From: Elusimicrobiota bacterium
GTDB lineage: Bacteria > Elusimicrobiota > Elusimicrobia > Elusimicrobiales > UBA9959
Direction: 5' to 3'
NCBI GenBank assembly: GCA_036574205.1
Contig: JAINCQ010000038.1
Coordinates: 1 to 51,179, forward strand
Length of the DNA: 51,179 nucleotides
Of the stretch, positions 20,638 through 30,653 are shown piece by piece. Made by a program: the position numbers and the translations under genes. The notes below the pieces were generated by a model that ran no database searches, was not told the origin of the DNA, and saw only the letters and a list, made by a program, of their open reading frames with translations. Each line of letters starts with the position of its first letter. The stretch's first letter is position 1.

Positions 20638-21552
20638 CTACTGCTTTTCTATTGGGTTAAAAAAAGCGCCATTTTGAGTTTTATAACTTAAGTGGAAAAA
20701 ATCATATATTTCAAATGGATCAGGATTATAAGCCTTTAATGCAACTTCTTTTATTTCCTTATCGTTATCGTGTTTTATTAAATCCTCAAGAAAATTTTTT
20801 ATACTTGATTCCATATTTCTAGCGGAAAGAGCATATATTGCTGTTTTTCTCAATTCTTTATCTTCAACAGAAGTATTATATTTTGCAATATCATAAACAA
20901 CATCCTTAACTCTTGAATTTCCCATAGCATTATAAAGGCTTTTTATCGCCTCAATTTTTATAGAGTTATCTTCTTTGCCATATTTGATAATATCAATTAG
21001 AAGATCATTAACTCTTGAATTATTAGAAACACTAAACATAGCCCATATAATTGCTTTTTTTAAGTTAGAATCTTTTTCATCATACTTAAGCCTGCTTACA
21101 AGAAAATCGGTTGTTTCAGAAAAACTTTCAGCGCTTATCCATAATGCTTTATACGAAATTACCTTAAGCTCCAACGGGAGTTTACCATATTCAATCTTAT
21201 CTTCTATCTCATCTTTGATTTTATATATATTTCCAACATAAGAAAGCGCTTTTGCAGACTCAATTCTAATATCAATTCTTTCTTTGTCATTTGAATAAAT
21301 ATCAAGGATCTCTTCATATATCTGACTATTATTTATATATCTTCTGGAATTTTTAACAGCCATCTTTCTTATTTCAGGATCTTTATCTCTGAGCATATCC
21401 CTGATATCATAAACATCTATCAATTTTACAACAGGATTTTTTATTTCTTGCTTTGTCTCTTTAAACTCAAGAAGCTCTTTCTCAAAAGCTAATTCTTCTG
21501 AATACATACTAAATGGCAAAAATAATAATACTGTTTTAAATAACACTTTCAT
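20638..21552 (-). CDS. Exported HEAT-repeat protein
   Basis: N-terminal signal-like segment; ~38-aa helical repeats (EIRKMAV, IRIESAKAL, LKKAIIWAM, IKIEAIKSL, LRKTAIYAL). Confidence 0.75.
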   Translation of the reverse strand: MKVLFKTVLLFLPFSMYSEELAFEKELLEFKETKQEIKNPVVKLIDVYDIRDMLRDKDPEIRKMAVKNSRRYINNSQIYEEILDIYSNDKERIDIRIESAKALSYVGNIYKIKDEIEDKIEYGKLPLELKVISYKALWISAESFSETTDFLVSRLKYDEKDSNLKKAIIWAMFSVSNNSRVNDLLIDIIKYGKEDNSIKIEAIKSLYNAMGNSRVKDVVYDIAKYNTSVEDKELRKTAIYALSARNMESSIKNFLEDLIKHDNDKEIKEVALKAYNPDPFEIYDFFHLSYKTQNGAFFNPIEKQ

Positions 21553-21627
21553 TTTTCCTTCTTTAATTATTATTTCATAATATTATTTTAATTTATTTTA
21601 ACAAAAAAATAATAAAAATTTAAGGGG

Positions 21628-21670
21628 CTTTTTTCCTATTATAATAGGTCTTTTTTCCTATTAATATAGG
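21628..21670. promoter_or_regulatory. Tandem palindromic sites (22-bp period) upstream of the HEAT-repeat gene; probable transcription-factor operator
   Basis: cttttttcctattataatagg (21628-21648) and cttttttcctattaatatagg (21650-21670); the first contains the perfect palindrome CCTATTATAATAGG. Confidence 0.5.
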
Positions 21671-21681
21671 AATTTTAATGG

Positions 21682-22794
21682 CTAAAATTTCCTAATACTA
21701 TACTTACCGCCAAAAAGAGTTACTAAACCTGATGCTTCAAGCTCAAAAAGGTAAGTAAAAAGTTCAGATATTTTAATACCAAGCAAATGTGATATCTCAT
21801 CTGGAGTAACTTCAGATTTCTCTTCTATAATTTTATATATCTTTGAAGCTAATGGAGTTAGATCAAGCTTCTTTACTTCTTTAACATATAGTTTTTTAAT
21901 ATCAACACCGAAAAGCTCGCTTGTTGGAATCAATTCTATGATGTCCAGGGCGTTTCTAACAAGATAAGCTCCTTCCTTTATAAGTTTATTTGGACCATTT
22001 GAATAACGATTATCTATACTACCTGGAAGAGCCATAACATCTTTCCCCTGTTCTATGGCATATCTTGCTGTTATAAGTGCCCCTGAGTTATAATCCCCTT
22101 CAACAACAAACGTGGCAAAGGAAAGCGCAGATATTATTCTATTTCTTCTTGGAAAATTCATTTTTAAAGGCTGAGAAGAAAGAGGATATTCACTTATTAT
22201 AGCCCCGCCATTTTTAATTATATCTTCAGCAAGCTCTTTATTTTCAGGTGGATAAATCCTGTTAAACCCCGAACCAATAACAGCCCATGTTGTTCCACCA
22301 GCTTTTATTGCAGTTTTATGAGCTATCGTATCTATTCCTCTGGCAAGACCGCTGGTTATGACAATACCAGTCTTTGCTATATCAAAGCAAATCTTTGAGG
22401 CATACTTTGCGCCATACTCTGTTGGCTTTCTAGTTCCAACTACTGAAAGAGAAAGTTTATCCTCAATTTTCCCTTTTACATAAAGGACCAACGGAGGATT
22501 TGAGATATTTTTAAGTGATGCGGGATAATTATCGTCCATATATGTGATAATATCTATTTTCCTTTTCTCACAGTCTTCAATCTCTTTCTCCGCATCAAAT
22601 TTTTTCGCATTATCTATTATCTTTTTGAACTTTTCAACAAGAAGCTCTGCCTCAGATATCAAATCAACCGCGCTATTTTCAAAAAGTATAGAAACCTTGC
22701 CGTATTTTTCAACAAAATTAATAACCCAATCCGTATTAGAATAAACAAATACGGAATTAAGTTTCAAAAAGTATAATTTTTCTTTTATCTCCAT
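21682..22794 (-). CDS. dprA: DNA-processing protein DprA
   Basis: VGTRK, SGLARGID, FPRRNRIIS, SGALITA, C-terminal winged helix. Confidence 0.96.
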   Translation of the reverse strand: MEIKEKLYFLKLNSVFVYSNTDWVINFVEKYGKVSILFENSAVDLISEAELLVEKFKKIIDNAKKFDAEKEIEDCEKRKIDIITYMDDNYPASLKNISNPPLVLYVKGKIEDKLSLSVVGTRKPTEYGAKYASKICFDIAKTGIVITSGLARGIDTIAHKTAIKAGGTTWAVIGSGFNRIYPPENKELAEDIIKNGGAIISEYPLSSQPLKMNFPRRNRIISALSFATFVVEGDYNSGALITARYAIEQGKDVMALPGSIDNRYSNGPNKLIKEGAYLVRNALDIIELIPTSELFGVDIKKLYVKEVKKLDLTPLASKIYKIIEEKSEVTPDEISHLLGIKISELFTYLFELEASGLVTLFGGKYSIRKF

Positions 22795-23570
22795 GCTTTG
22801 GTAATCATTCCTTTTTCAATGATAGTATTAGCCTTTACCACAAGGCATCTTAAATTGTTATCTTTTTTTTCAATGACAGAACATTCTCCTACCTTCTCAA
22901 CAACATAGGTGGATGGGGTTTCATCTATAAGAAAATATATATTTATCCTTGATATTTTCTCAATTGTTTTATTCATCCTTATTTCTATAATATCTCCCTT
23001 TAAAGCAAAAACATCGCTATCATCCTTGCCATTAATACTAATAATTATTCCATCAAAATAATTTTTTTCAGCGGATATTCTTTCACTTGCCTGATTAAAT
23101 GCAACCTTGCCTTTTGGAAAATCTTCACTTAAAACATTTTTATCCATTATCGTATAATTTTCAATTTTTATCAATGAATCCGTTGATATAGAAACTACCT
23201 CATTTTTTTTATCTGAATTGTTATTTACATAAATATCAGATGAATTCTTAACCTCGTTTTTACTTTCATCTTTATCAACAACTACTACTTCTATATTTTT
23301 TATAAGTGTTTGAGAATTTTCTTCATTATTTTGTTTTTTGTCTAATGTTATTAATGGAATATCAAAAACACTATTGGAATATATAAGATCTGGATTTTTT
23401 ATTTTTTCAGCATTAGCTCTATAAATTAACTGCCATTTATTGCCATCACCATAGTATTTTTGAGCTATTTTCCATAGATAATCCCCGTCTTTTACAACAT
23501 ATTTTTCAACATTAGAATCTCCCATCAAACATACAGGCAAAAAAATAAATATAAAAAATATTTTACTCAT
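22785..23570 (-). CDS. Exported LysM-domain protein (start probably MSKIFF at 23570)
   Basis: YVVKDGDYLWKIAQKYYGDGNKWQLIYRAN...NPDLIY; LysM-dprA synteny. Confidence 0.88.
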   Translation of the reverse strand: MSKIFFIFIFLPVCLMGDSNVEKYVVKDGDYLWKIAQKYYGDGNKWQLIYRANAEKIKNPDLIYSNSVFDIPLITLDKKQNNEENSQTLIKNIEVVVVDKDESKNEVKNSSDIYVNNNSDKKNEVVSISTDSLIKIENYTIMDKNVLSEDFPKGKVAFNQASERISAEKNYFDGIIISINGKDDSDVFALKGDIIEIRMNKTIEKISRINIYFLIDETPSTYVVEKVGECSVIEKKDNNLRCLVVKANTIIEKGMITKAWR

Positions 23571-25113
23571 AACCATAACTCCCATCTATAACAATATTTT
23601 TATCAAGTACCCTGTAATGAATAGCTTCAGCCACATGTTCTTTTTTTATATCATTGCTACCATCAATATCCGCTATGGTTCTGGCTATCTTCATTATCTT
23701 ATCAAGGCTTCTTGCAGAATATCCCATCTTATCCATTATATTTTCAAGCATATCAACTACATCATCTGATACCTGACAGTATTTTTTTATTTCTTTTGGT
23801 GTCATTCTTGAGTTAAACTTCCCCTTATCACCAAATCTTTTCTTCTGCGCAAAAAGCGCTTTTTCTACTCTCTCATATATCATAGATGAAGATTCACAGT
23901 CATAATCTGCTGACCAGTCAGCGTATCTTACTGGTAGCATATCTATATGAATATCTATTCTATCAAGAATTGGTCCCGATATTTTTGATCGATACTTCTT
24001 TATCTGTATCGGAGTACAAATACATTTTTTAACAGGATGACCAAAATATCCACATGGACATGGATTTGAACTTGCCACAAGCAAAAATCTTGCAGGATAT
24101 GTGATTGTGTCTTTAACCCGGGATATGGTAATTTTTCCGGTTTCAAGCGGCTCTCTTAAAGCCTCTATAGCCATTCTTGAAAACTCAGGGAATTCATCAA
24201 GAAACAAAACACCATTATGCGCAAGGGATATTTCTCCAGGACGAGGGTTTGTGCCTCCACCTATAAGAGCTATATCAGAGATAGTATGATGAGGCTCTCT
24301 AAAGGGTCTTGTTCTAATAAGAGCATTTCCCCAAAGACCTGCAACAGAATATATCTTTGTAGTTTCTAAAATTTCATCCTCAATCATTGGCGGCATTATA
24401 GTGGATATCCTTTTTGCTATCATGCTTTTACCACTTCCAGGAGGTCCTATCATTATAATGTTATGAAACCCAGCTGCAGCTATCTCAACAGCCCTTTTGG
24501 CATAAGACTGCCCTTTTACATCAGAAAAATCCAGATCTTCAGATTTCTTCTCATTATCTGAAAGAGGTTCTAATTTTGTAGTATCCAGAGTTATCTCACC
24601 TTTTAAAAACATCATTACTTCCTTTAAATTTTTAGAAACCAAAAAATTAACACCGCTAAGTATCGCTTCTCTTGCGTTCTGATAAGGTATTACAACTATA
24701 TCAAAAAGCTTTTGCTCTTTCATTGATATAAGCATAGGAAGTATTCCAACGACAGGCTTTATCTCTCCATCAAGAGCAAGCTCGCCAACAAATCCGATTC
24801 TTGAGAGATTAATATCTCCGCTAACACTGTGTTTTCCAATCGCCAGAAGTATCCCTACAGCTATAGGTAAATCGTAATGAGTTCCACTTTTTTTAATCTC
24901 CGCCGGAGAAAGATTTATTACAATTTTTTTTGATGGAAGGTCAAAACCAGAATTTTTAATAGCGCTTAAAACTCTATCTCTTGACTCTTTTATATTGGTG
25001 TCTGGAAGACCAACAATATTAAAACTCGGCAGTCCTCCCCCAACATCAACCTCAACAGTAACTCCAAAACCTTCTATACCCTTAAATCCAAGAGATAATA
25101 CCTTGGAAAGCAT
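23563..25113 (-). CDS. comM: YifB/ComM family Mg-chelatase-like AAA+ ATPase
   Basis: GLPD, DLPIA, GELALDG, GPPGSGKS, PHHT, LFLDE, NPCPCG, DRID. Confidence 0.93.
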   Translation of the reverse strand: MLSKVLSLGFKGIEGFGVTVEVDVGGGLPSFNIVGLPDTNIKESRDRVLSAIKNSGFDLPSKKIVINLSPAEIKKSGTHYDLPIAVGILLAIGKHSVSGDINLSRIGFVGELALDGEIKPVVGILPMLISMKEQKLFDIVVIPYQNAREAILSGVNFLVSKNLKEVMMFLKGEITLDTTKLEPLSDNEKKSEDLDFSDVKGQSYAKRAVEIAAAGFHNIIMIGPPGSGKSMIAKRISTIMPPMIEDEILETTKIYSVAGLWGNALIRTRPFREPHHTISDIALIGGGTNPRPGEISLAHNGVLFLDEFPEFSRMAIEALREPLETGKITISRVKDTITYPARFLLVASSNPCPCGYFGHPVKKCICTPIQIKKYRSKISGPILDRIDIHIDMLPVRYADWSADYDCESSSMIYERVEKALFAQKKRFGDKGKFNSRMTPKEIKKYCQVSDDVVDMLENIMDKMGYSARSLDKIMKIARTIADIDGSNDIKKEHVAEAIHYRVLDKNIVIDGSYGYE

Positions 25114-25131
25114 TTAACCCTTTTTAAAAAA

Positions 25132-26061
25132 TTATATCTTTAATCTACAAATATCTCCAGCTTTTGGAGTTTGCTCTATTTTAATAGCTTTTGCTATTGA
25201 ACAATCTCCACTATCTCCACAATATCTTTTAACCTCAAAGTCTCCAAGATATTCCTCTCTATATCCTATTATAAGATTACTTTTTGGGTCTCTAATTTCT
25301 TTCCCCTGTTTATAACAGGAGAGTTTTAACCCTATATCTATATTTGAATTAGAACCCGCATTTATATAAATCTCATCCCCATAAGCGTCGGCTATACTTG
25401 CTGACCATGGTTTTTTATTTATTTGATTTGATATATTATCCACAAACTTAACTATCGCAGCCCTAAGAGCTTCTCCCTCAAGGGTTTCGTCATATCCTCC
25501 CTTTGTTCCCATACCAAGAAAGCTTCCTTTTTTTGATTTGGTCACCCCTTTCCCTGAATCAGCAAGGAGAACCTGTCCGCTTTGAACATCTATCACCCTT
25601 ATATCTACACTCACCTCTGCAACCTGCTGTTTTGTCTGAGTAAGAAGATAATCTGATCCCTCTTTCCTTACCCCAAACTCTGTAATTGCGCCAACAACTA
25701 TCGCTTCAAGACCAAGTATCTGGCCTATTTTTACTGCTGTAACAGCATCTATCATCCCTTGCTGCTGTATATGCTGTTCAGCCATTATTTTATCAAGTTT
25801 ACCTCTTTCAACAACTATAAATTTTTCAGATTTAACAAGCTCTGTTATAAGAATGTCGCTTGCAGCTTGACCAAGACGTTTTTGCCCATAAGCAGTTTTA
25901 TTTTCAAATTCAACAACTCCTATTCTCCTTTTTGGACCGGTATATTTTGCCTCTACTTTTTCTGTTTCTTTTACAGTCGTTGTATTTGTCATTTTGATCG
26001 ATTTAGATGGAGCACAGGAAATAGCTAACGCTGAAAAAATAAATAGAAGATTCTTTCTCAT
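25132..26061 (-). CDS. CsgG/HfaB-family lipoprotein with C-terminal FlgT-C-like beta domain
   Basis: Lipobox AISC; RIGVVEFEN, FIVVER, GAITEF, VDIRVIDV.SGQV; IYINAG...IG. Confidence 0.82.
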   Translation of the reverse strand: MRKNLLFIFSALAISCAPSKSIKMTNTTTVKETEKVEAKYTGPKRRIGVVEFENKTAYGQKRLGQAASDILITELVKSEKFIVVERGKLDKIMAEQHIQQQGMIDAVTAVKIGQILGLEAIVVGAITEFGVRKEGSDYLLTQTKQQVAEVSVDIRVIDVQSGQVLLADSGKGVTKSKKGSFLGMGTKGGYDETLEGEALRAAIVKFVDNISNQINKKPWSASIADAYGDEIYINAGSNSNIDIGLKLSCYKQGKEIRDPKSNLIIGYREEYLGDFEVKRYCGDSGDCSIAKAIKIEQTPKAGDICRLKI

Positions 26062-26070
26062 ATATCCTCC

Positions 26071-26688
26071 TTATGGTATTTTAGCAAAAATTTTGCTAAC
26101 TGCAACAACAGATTCATTATAAAGTGGTCTTTTCATTATATTTTGAACCAGTTTTAATGCCATATTCTCTGCAAATGCCTTTTTAGCCTCTTCCTTTTTA
26201 AAATAAACCTTCATATCCTGACCGACACCAGTCATATTAAAAACAACTTCCTCTGTTTTACCATCAACTATTTTTATCTCAAGCTCAACTTTCTTATTTA
26301 TAATAAATCCAAGATTTTGTAATTTAAAATCATTTATATATCCATAACAAAGATAATCTGCTTCTAAAAGTTTAGATATCTCTTGGGGCTTAAGCATATT
26401 AAGCTGTCCGCCATCAACTATGCCAGCTCCTTTTAATTTTTCATCAACAATTTCATTTTTAATAACTATCCATCCTTTTTTTACGAATCTCTCAACCACC
26501 ATATCTCTAAGCATTGTTTCAGCGGTAATATCATTTGATTGATTATCAAAAGGAAGTACAGCTACAGTTCCTTTTGTAAAAGATTTTACGATACCTTCAT
26601 CTTTTTTCAAAATTGGAGCTGAGCATGAGTATAGAAACGCAATCAACAAAAAATAAAAATTACTTTTAAAAACTATTTTTTTCATCAC
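26071..26688 (-). CDS. DUF799/GNA1162-like lipoprotein
   Basis: Lipobox LYSC; VAVLPFDNQS, L.ADY.CYG.I. Confidence 0.75.
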   Translation of the reverse strand: MMKKIVFKSNFYFLLIAFLYSCSAPILKKDEGIVKSFTKGTVAVLPFDNQSNDITAETMLRDMVVERFVKKGWIVIKNEIVDEKLKGAGIVDGGQLNMLKPQEISKLLEADYLCYGYINDFKLQNLGFIINKKVELEIKIVDGKTEEVVFNMTGVGQDMKVYFKKEEAKKAFAENMALKLVQNIMKRPLYNESVVAVSKIFAKIP

Positions 26689-26739
26689 TATTACTAAAAA
26701 AGAAAATGAACTAAAATCATATCACATCTATAGATTAGC

Positions 26740-27732
26740 TCATATTGCAATATTCAATCTACTATTCACAAATTCAAGTTCAATTAAATTGTTTTCCTCA
26801 TCCATATTGATAACTGATATATCTGGAATATGCCTTATCATATCGCTTACAAACTGATGAATAAATTGTTTGCCATTTTTAGAAACCTTTACAATCATAT
26901 ATTTATCATTTATGTCAAATAAATAAAAATTCAAATCCTGCGATTTAAGAAAATTTACAAGGCTATTAACATAAGAAAGTTTTTTTATATTATATATTTT
27001 AAGATCAATATATTTTATCTCAAATGTGTTTTTATTATTAACCAGCTTATTCTGCAAATCGCTGATAAGTTTTTCATATGAATCTTTGAGCGAAATTCCT
27101 GAAACCCCAGAGGCTGTAAAACCTAAAACCTCCTGACCGTTTTTGGTATTAATAACAACATTCATAGTTGATAAAAAAACATCTGATGCTGATGAGTTTA
27201 TTTTAGAAGTATTAACAGAGGCTTTTACAAAATAATCATAACCCTTTATTTCATATTCGCCTGTTTTTTTATAAACTATATTTATCCCATCAGTCTTGTA
27301 TGGACGCGCCATTTTATATATCTCATCATCAAGATAAACAACTACTCTTGAAGATGGAGATTTTAAAAAGCCATAAGCTTTTATATCATTTATAAATTGT
27401 TTTATATCAAAATCGAATTTATACCTTGCTTTATAAACTCCATTTTTAATAATCCTGTCTTTTATCTTTATCCCCTCTAAGTAAAGCAAACATCTTTCTA
27501 CTAAATCATTATTTAATCTACCGCTGTAATCCTCATCAGCTAGAAGACTGATAAAAGAGGAAATAGAAGATTCACATATTTTTTTAACAGCTTCGTTTTG
27601 ATAATCAGCATCAGCTTTAATAGAGATATCATATGTAAATGATATTTTTTGGGAAAAAGGATCAGATGATTTTTTCGATAAATAACTACAACCCACTATA
27701 CCAAACATACTAAGAATAATCCATTTTTTCAT
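26740..27732 (-). CDS. Hypothetical lipoprotein
   Basis: MKKWIILSMFGIVGC lipobox; 330-aa ORF with SD gagagg. Confidence 0.7.
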   Translation of the reverse strand: MKKWIILSMFGIVGCSYLSKKSSDPFSQKISFTYDISIKADADYQNEAVKKICESSISSFISLLADEDYSGRLNNDLVERCLLYLEGIKIKDRIIKNGVYKARYKFDFDIKQFINDIKAYGFLKSPSSRVVVYLDDEIYKMARPYKTDGINIVYKKTGEYEIKGYDYFVKASVNTSKINSSASDVFLSTMNVVINTKNGQEVLGFTASGVSGISLKDSYEKLISDLQNKLVNNKNTFEIKYIDLKIYNIKKLSYVNSLVNFLKSQDLNFYLFDINDKYMIVKVSKNGKQFIHQFVSDMIRHIPDISVINMDEENNLIELEFVNSRLNIAI

Positions 27733-27753
27733 AAGTTTAACCTCTCAATAAAC

Positions 27754-29328
27754 TCAAAAACTAGACTTGCTGGAAAATACTCTCCAATCTATAAATGGGA
27801 AAATACCGTTTTCTCTTTCAAGCTTTTTTACCCTATCCATATCTATAGATAAAGAATTAAGCATATTTATAAGCTCTATGGAATTTTCATAGTGTTTTTT
27901 AATTCTGTATATAGCATATTCCTTGTGGTCTCCCATGTTTATCATAGCTGCCCAATCACTTGACTGCATTAATAGTATCTCTCTTGTTAATTGTCTTAAA
28001 GCTTTATCCACATCACCAGAGACCTCAGAGTTTAAAAATTTATTTACAGTTTTTATAAACTTCCTTGTAATTTCATATAAAAAAGGATATATAAAATCAT
28101 TTTTTTCATTAAGCCATTTATCAAAAAAACCATTTTCGCTGGAGCTTGAAAGCTCAGGTCTAACTTTAATTTTATTTTCTGTTGTTAAAAGATAATTTGA
28201 AGGAGTTATAAACTGAATAGGAAACCTTTCACTTCTGGTTTTTCTAAAAATATTCTCAAGAAAATTAATTCCTTCAAACCATCTATGCCCGAATATCTCA
28301 GCATTAAAACATGAAACCACAACCACGTCTTTGTTAACTGATTTAAATTGATTTATTCTTTTAATTAGAAAATCATAAGCGTCAGCCTCAGATTGCTTAA
28401 TAGCTAGATCATAATCGTAAATCTCTTTCTCACCAAGAGGCTTATTAATGCTGGTTATTCTATGATATTTTATTCCAGTTGGAATTCGTTCCTCAGTTAG
28501 GGTAAATTCTTTAAGATAGCTAATATCCCTTTCATATCCTATATCTCTGTAAAATTCCCTGTAAAGCGGGTTTGAAATATATCCATTTATATCAAGCACA
28601 TCCGCTACGCTAACATCATCCCTTACAAAGAAACTGATATCGTTATCAGCCAGATAGCTCTGATACGGATCGTATTTTGAAAGATCAATCGCATTTGAAT
28701 CAACGAAAAAATAATTAATTGAGTTCTTCTCTAAAACCGAATCTACTCTCTCGTCATAGGCGCATTCGCTTAAAAAAATACCAGCAAGATCTCTGGAAAA
28801 TCTATCTTTATAATCAAGGCTTGCTATACTTATCTGGGCATTCATGGTTTCATCATTTATTATAAGCGGAATTATTGGGTAAGTTGCAGGTGTTGTTATT
28901 ATTTCGCATAATCCTTGATTTTGATATAATTTAAATGGGGTTATAAGATCCCCGCTGTATTTATTTATAAAATCAAGGCAGTTAAGATATCTTTCTTCAT
29001 ATATATCAAGCAGGTTTTTAATCTGCCAATTGCTACCGTAACTTTCCCGCTCTTTTTCTATCAATTTTAATCTTAGTTCTATATATTTCTTTAATTTTCT
29101 TTCTATAACCTCATTTTCCATCATATGGCAAAGTGTCGGGGAAAGAGATATAGTAAGATTAGGATTAATTCCATCTGAGGAAAGTCTTTCAATCATTCTT
29201 AATAATGGGATATATGATTCTGCAATATTTTCAAAATACCAATTCTCTTCTAAATAATTCGAATCTGGATGATTGATATATGGCATATGCGCATGCAACA
29301 AAATAACATAATAGATTTTTGAACTCAT
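27754..29328 (-). CDS. GH57 / DUF1957 glucan-branching-enzyme-like protein (catalytic acid/base apparently substituted)
   Basis: LHAHMPY, ESYIPL, SLSPTL, LSECAY, YREFYRDIG, KYHRIT, EIFGH.WFEG, QSSDW. Confidence 0.88.
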   Translation of the reverse strand: MSSKIYYVILLHAHMPYINHPDSNYLEENWYFENIAESYIPLLRMIERLSSDGINPNLTISLSPTLCHMMENEVIERKLKKYIELRLKLIEKERESYGSNWQIKNLLDIYEERYLNCLDFINKYSGDLITPFKLYQNQGLCEIITTPATYPIIPLIINDETMNAQISIASLDYKDRFSRDLAGIFLSECAYDERVDSVLEKNSINYFFVDSNAIDLSKYDPYQSYLADNDISFFVRDDVSVADVLDINGYISNPLYREFYRDIGYERDISYLKEFTLTEERIPTGIKYHRITSINKPLGEKEIYDYDLAIKQSEADAYDFLIKRINQFKSVNKDVVVVSCFNAEIFGHRWFEGINFLENIFRKTRSERFPIQFITPSNYLLTTENKIKVRPELSSSSENGFFDKWLNEKNDFIYPFLYEITRKFIKTVNKFLNSEVSGDVDKALRQLTREILLMQSSDWAAMINMGDHKEYAIYRIKKHYENSIELINMLNSLSIDMDRVKKLERENGIFPFIDWRVFSSKSSF

Positions 29329-29690
29329 CGCTTATAGGTATATTCTTTTTTCATCTCTTTTTCATAAGAAAGTTTTATCTTATTTGAACAGGATATAGTT
29401 TCTTCTCCATTCTTACTTCTTGCATACAATCTTACAAAAACATTCTCTACATATCGTGGAAGCATAAGATAACATTTTGCCATATCATAGTCAAGAGTTA
29501 TTTCAGCAATATTTTTATCGCTTTCATCTAAAGCCTTTATTGAAATTTTTTTCAAATATTCTCCATTTTTAAATTGAGAAATCTTATAATTTGAAAACTT
29601 CCAGAAAACAAATATTGTCTCAGAATTTTTTGGCATAATAAGACAATAATTTTCATCAAAAATAGAATTAACTTTAACATCAATATCCAT
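29325..29690 (-). CDS. DUF4912-like protein
   Basis: LIMPKNSETIFVFW...SN.I; overlaps the GH57 gene start, the usual pairing. Confidence 0.65.
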   Translation of the reverse strand: MDIDVKVNSIFDENYCLIMPKNSETIFVFWKFSNYKISQFKNGEYLKKISIKALDESDKNIAEITLDYDMAKCYLMLPRYVENVFVRLYARSKNGEETISCSNKIKLSYEKEMKKEYTYKR

Positions 29691-29744
29691 ACCTATAATT
29701 TAACAAAAAAAATAATATTAATCAAATATTTTTTTAACTATTTC

Positions 29745-30653
29745 CTATTCCAAAAGTTTTTTCAACCTTTGATTAAAATCTTTATCAGGTGGGACTGTAA
29801 ACTCAACCCTTTTATTTCTGGATGGATGAATAAAAGAAATTTTATAAGAATGTAACATCAATCTATCATAATCTGAATTTGAATAAATATTATCACCTAC
29901 AATTGGATGTTTTATATAAGAAAGATGAACCCTTATCTGATTTGTTCTTCCAGTTTTTGGGAACACATCTAAATAAGAATTCTTTTTCCCACACTTAATC
30001 TTTTTAATCTCAGTTAAAGCATCTCTTCCATACTCCATAACACTTATTTTTTTTGCGCCTGAAAACCTGCCAATAGGAGCATCTATAACAAGAAAATCAT
30101 CCTCTATAATCCCTTGAACGACTGCCTTATAATTTTTATTAACAATCCTTTCATTAAACTGCCTGGTTATATTATTCTGCGCTTTGCTATTTTTTGTAAC
30201 AATCATAACCCCACTTGTCATAGCATCAAGTCTGTGAACAATACCAAGCCTGGTTAAATTTTTATCTGAACTACCATATCCTTCCTTAAACAACAGCCAG
30301 GCTATAGTATCTTTTGATAATTCAAGAGCAAGAGGATCTTTAAGCCAGTTATCGTCTGTTGGATGTACTAAAACCCCGGCTGGCTTATTTAAAACTATAA
30401 TATCATCATCCTCATAAATTTTAATTGAAGAAATAGAAAAATTCAAACCAGTTTGTGGAAAATCAATTTTTATCTCTATTTCATCTCCATCTTTTAATAT
30501 AAAAGATGGTTTTACCTGCCTCAAATTTACCTTAATGCTGCCTGAGTTTATAAGTTTTTTTATAAACTCCCTTGAAAAAGAGGAATAAATTCTTTTTAAA
30601 TAGATATCAATCCTTTCACCTTCACCATTATATATAATTTTATTTTCTTCCAT
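29745..30653 (-). CDS. RluA/RluD-family pseudouridine synthase
   Basis: S4 domain, NKPAG, VHRLD, TGRTNQIRVH, HPIVGD. Confidence 0.95.
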   Translation of the reverse strand: MEENKIIYNGEGERIDIYLKRIYSSFSREFIKKLINSGSIKVNLRQVKPSFILKDGDEIEIKIDFPQTGLNFSISSIKIYEDDDIIVLNKPAGVLVHPTDDNWLKDPLALELSKDTIAWLLFKEGYGSSDKNLTRLGIVHRLDAMTSGVMIVTKNSKAQNNITRQFNERIVNKNYKAVVQGIIEDDFLVIDAPIGRFSGAKKISVMEYGRDALTEIKKIKCGKKNSYLDVFPKTGRTNQIRVHLSYIKHPIVGDNIYSNSDYDRLMLHSYKISFIHPSRNKRVEFTVPPDKDFNQRLKKLLE

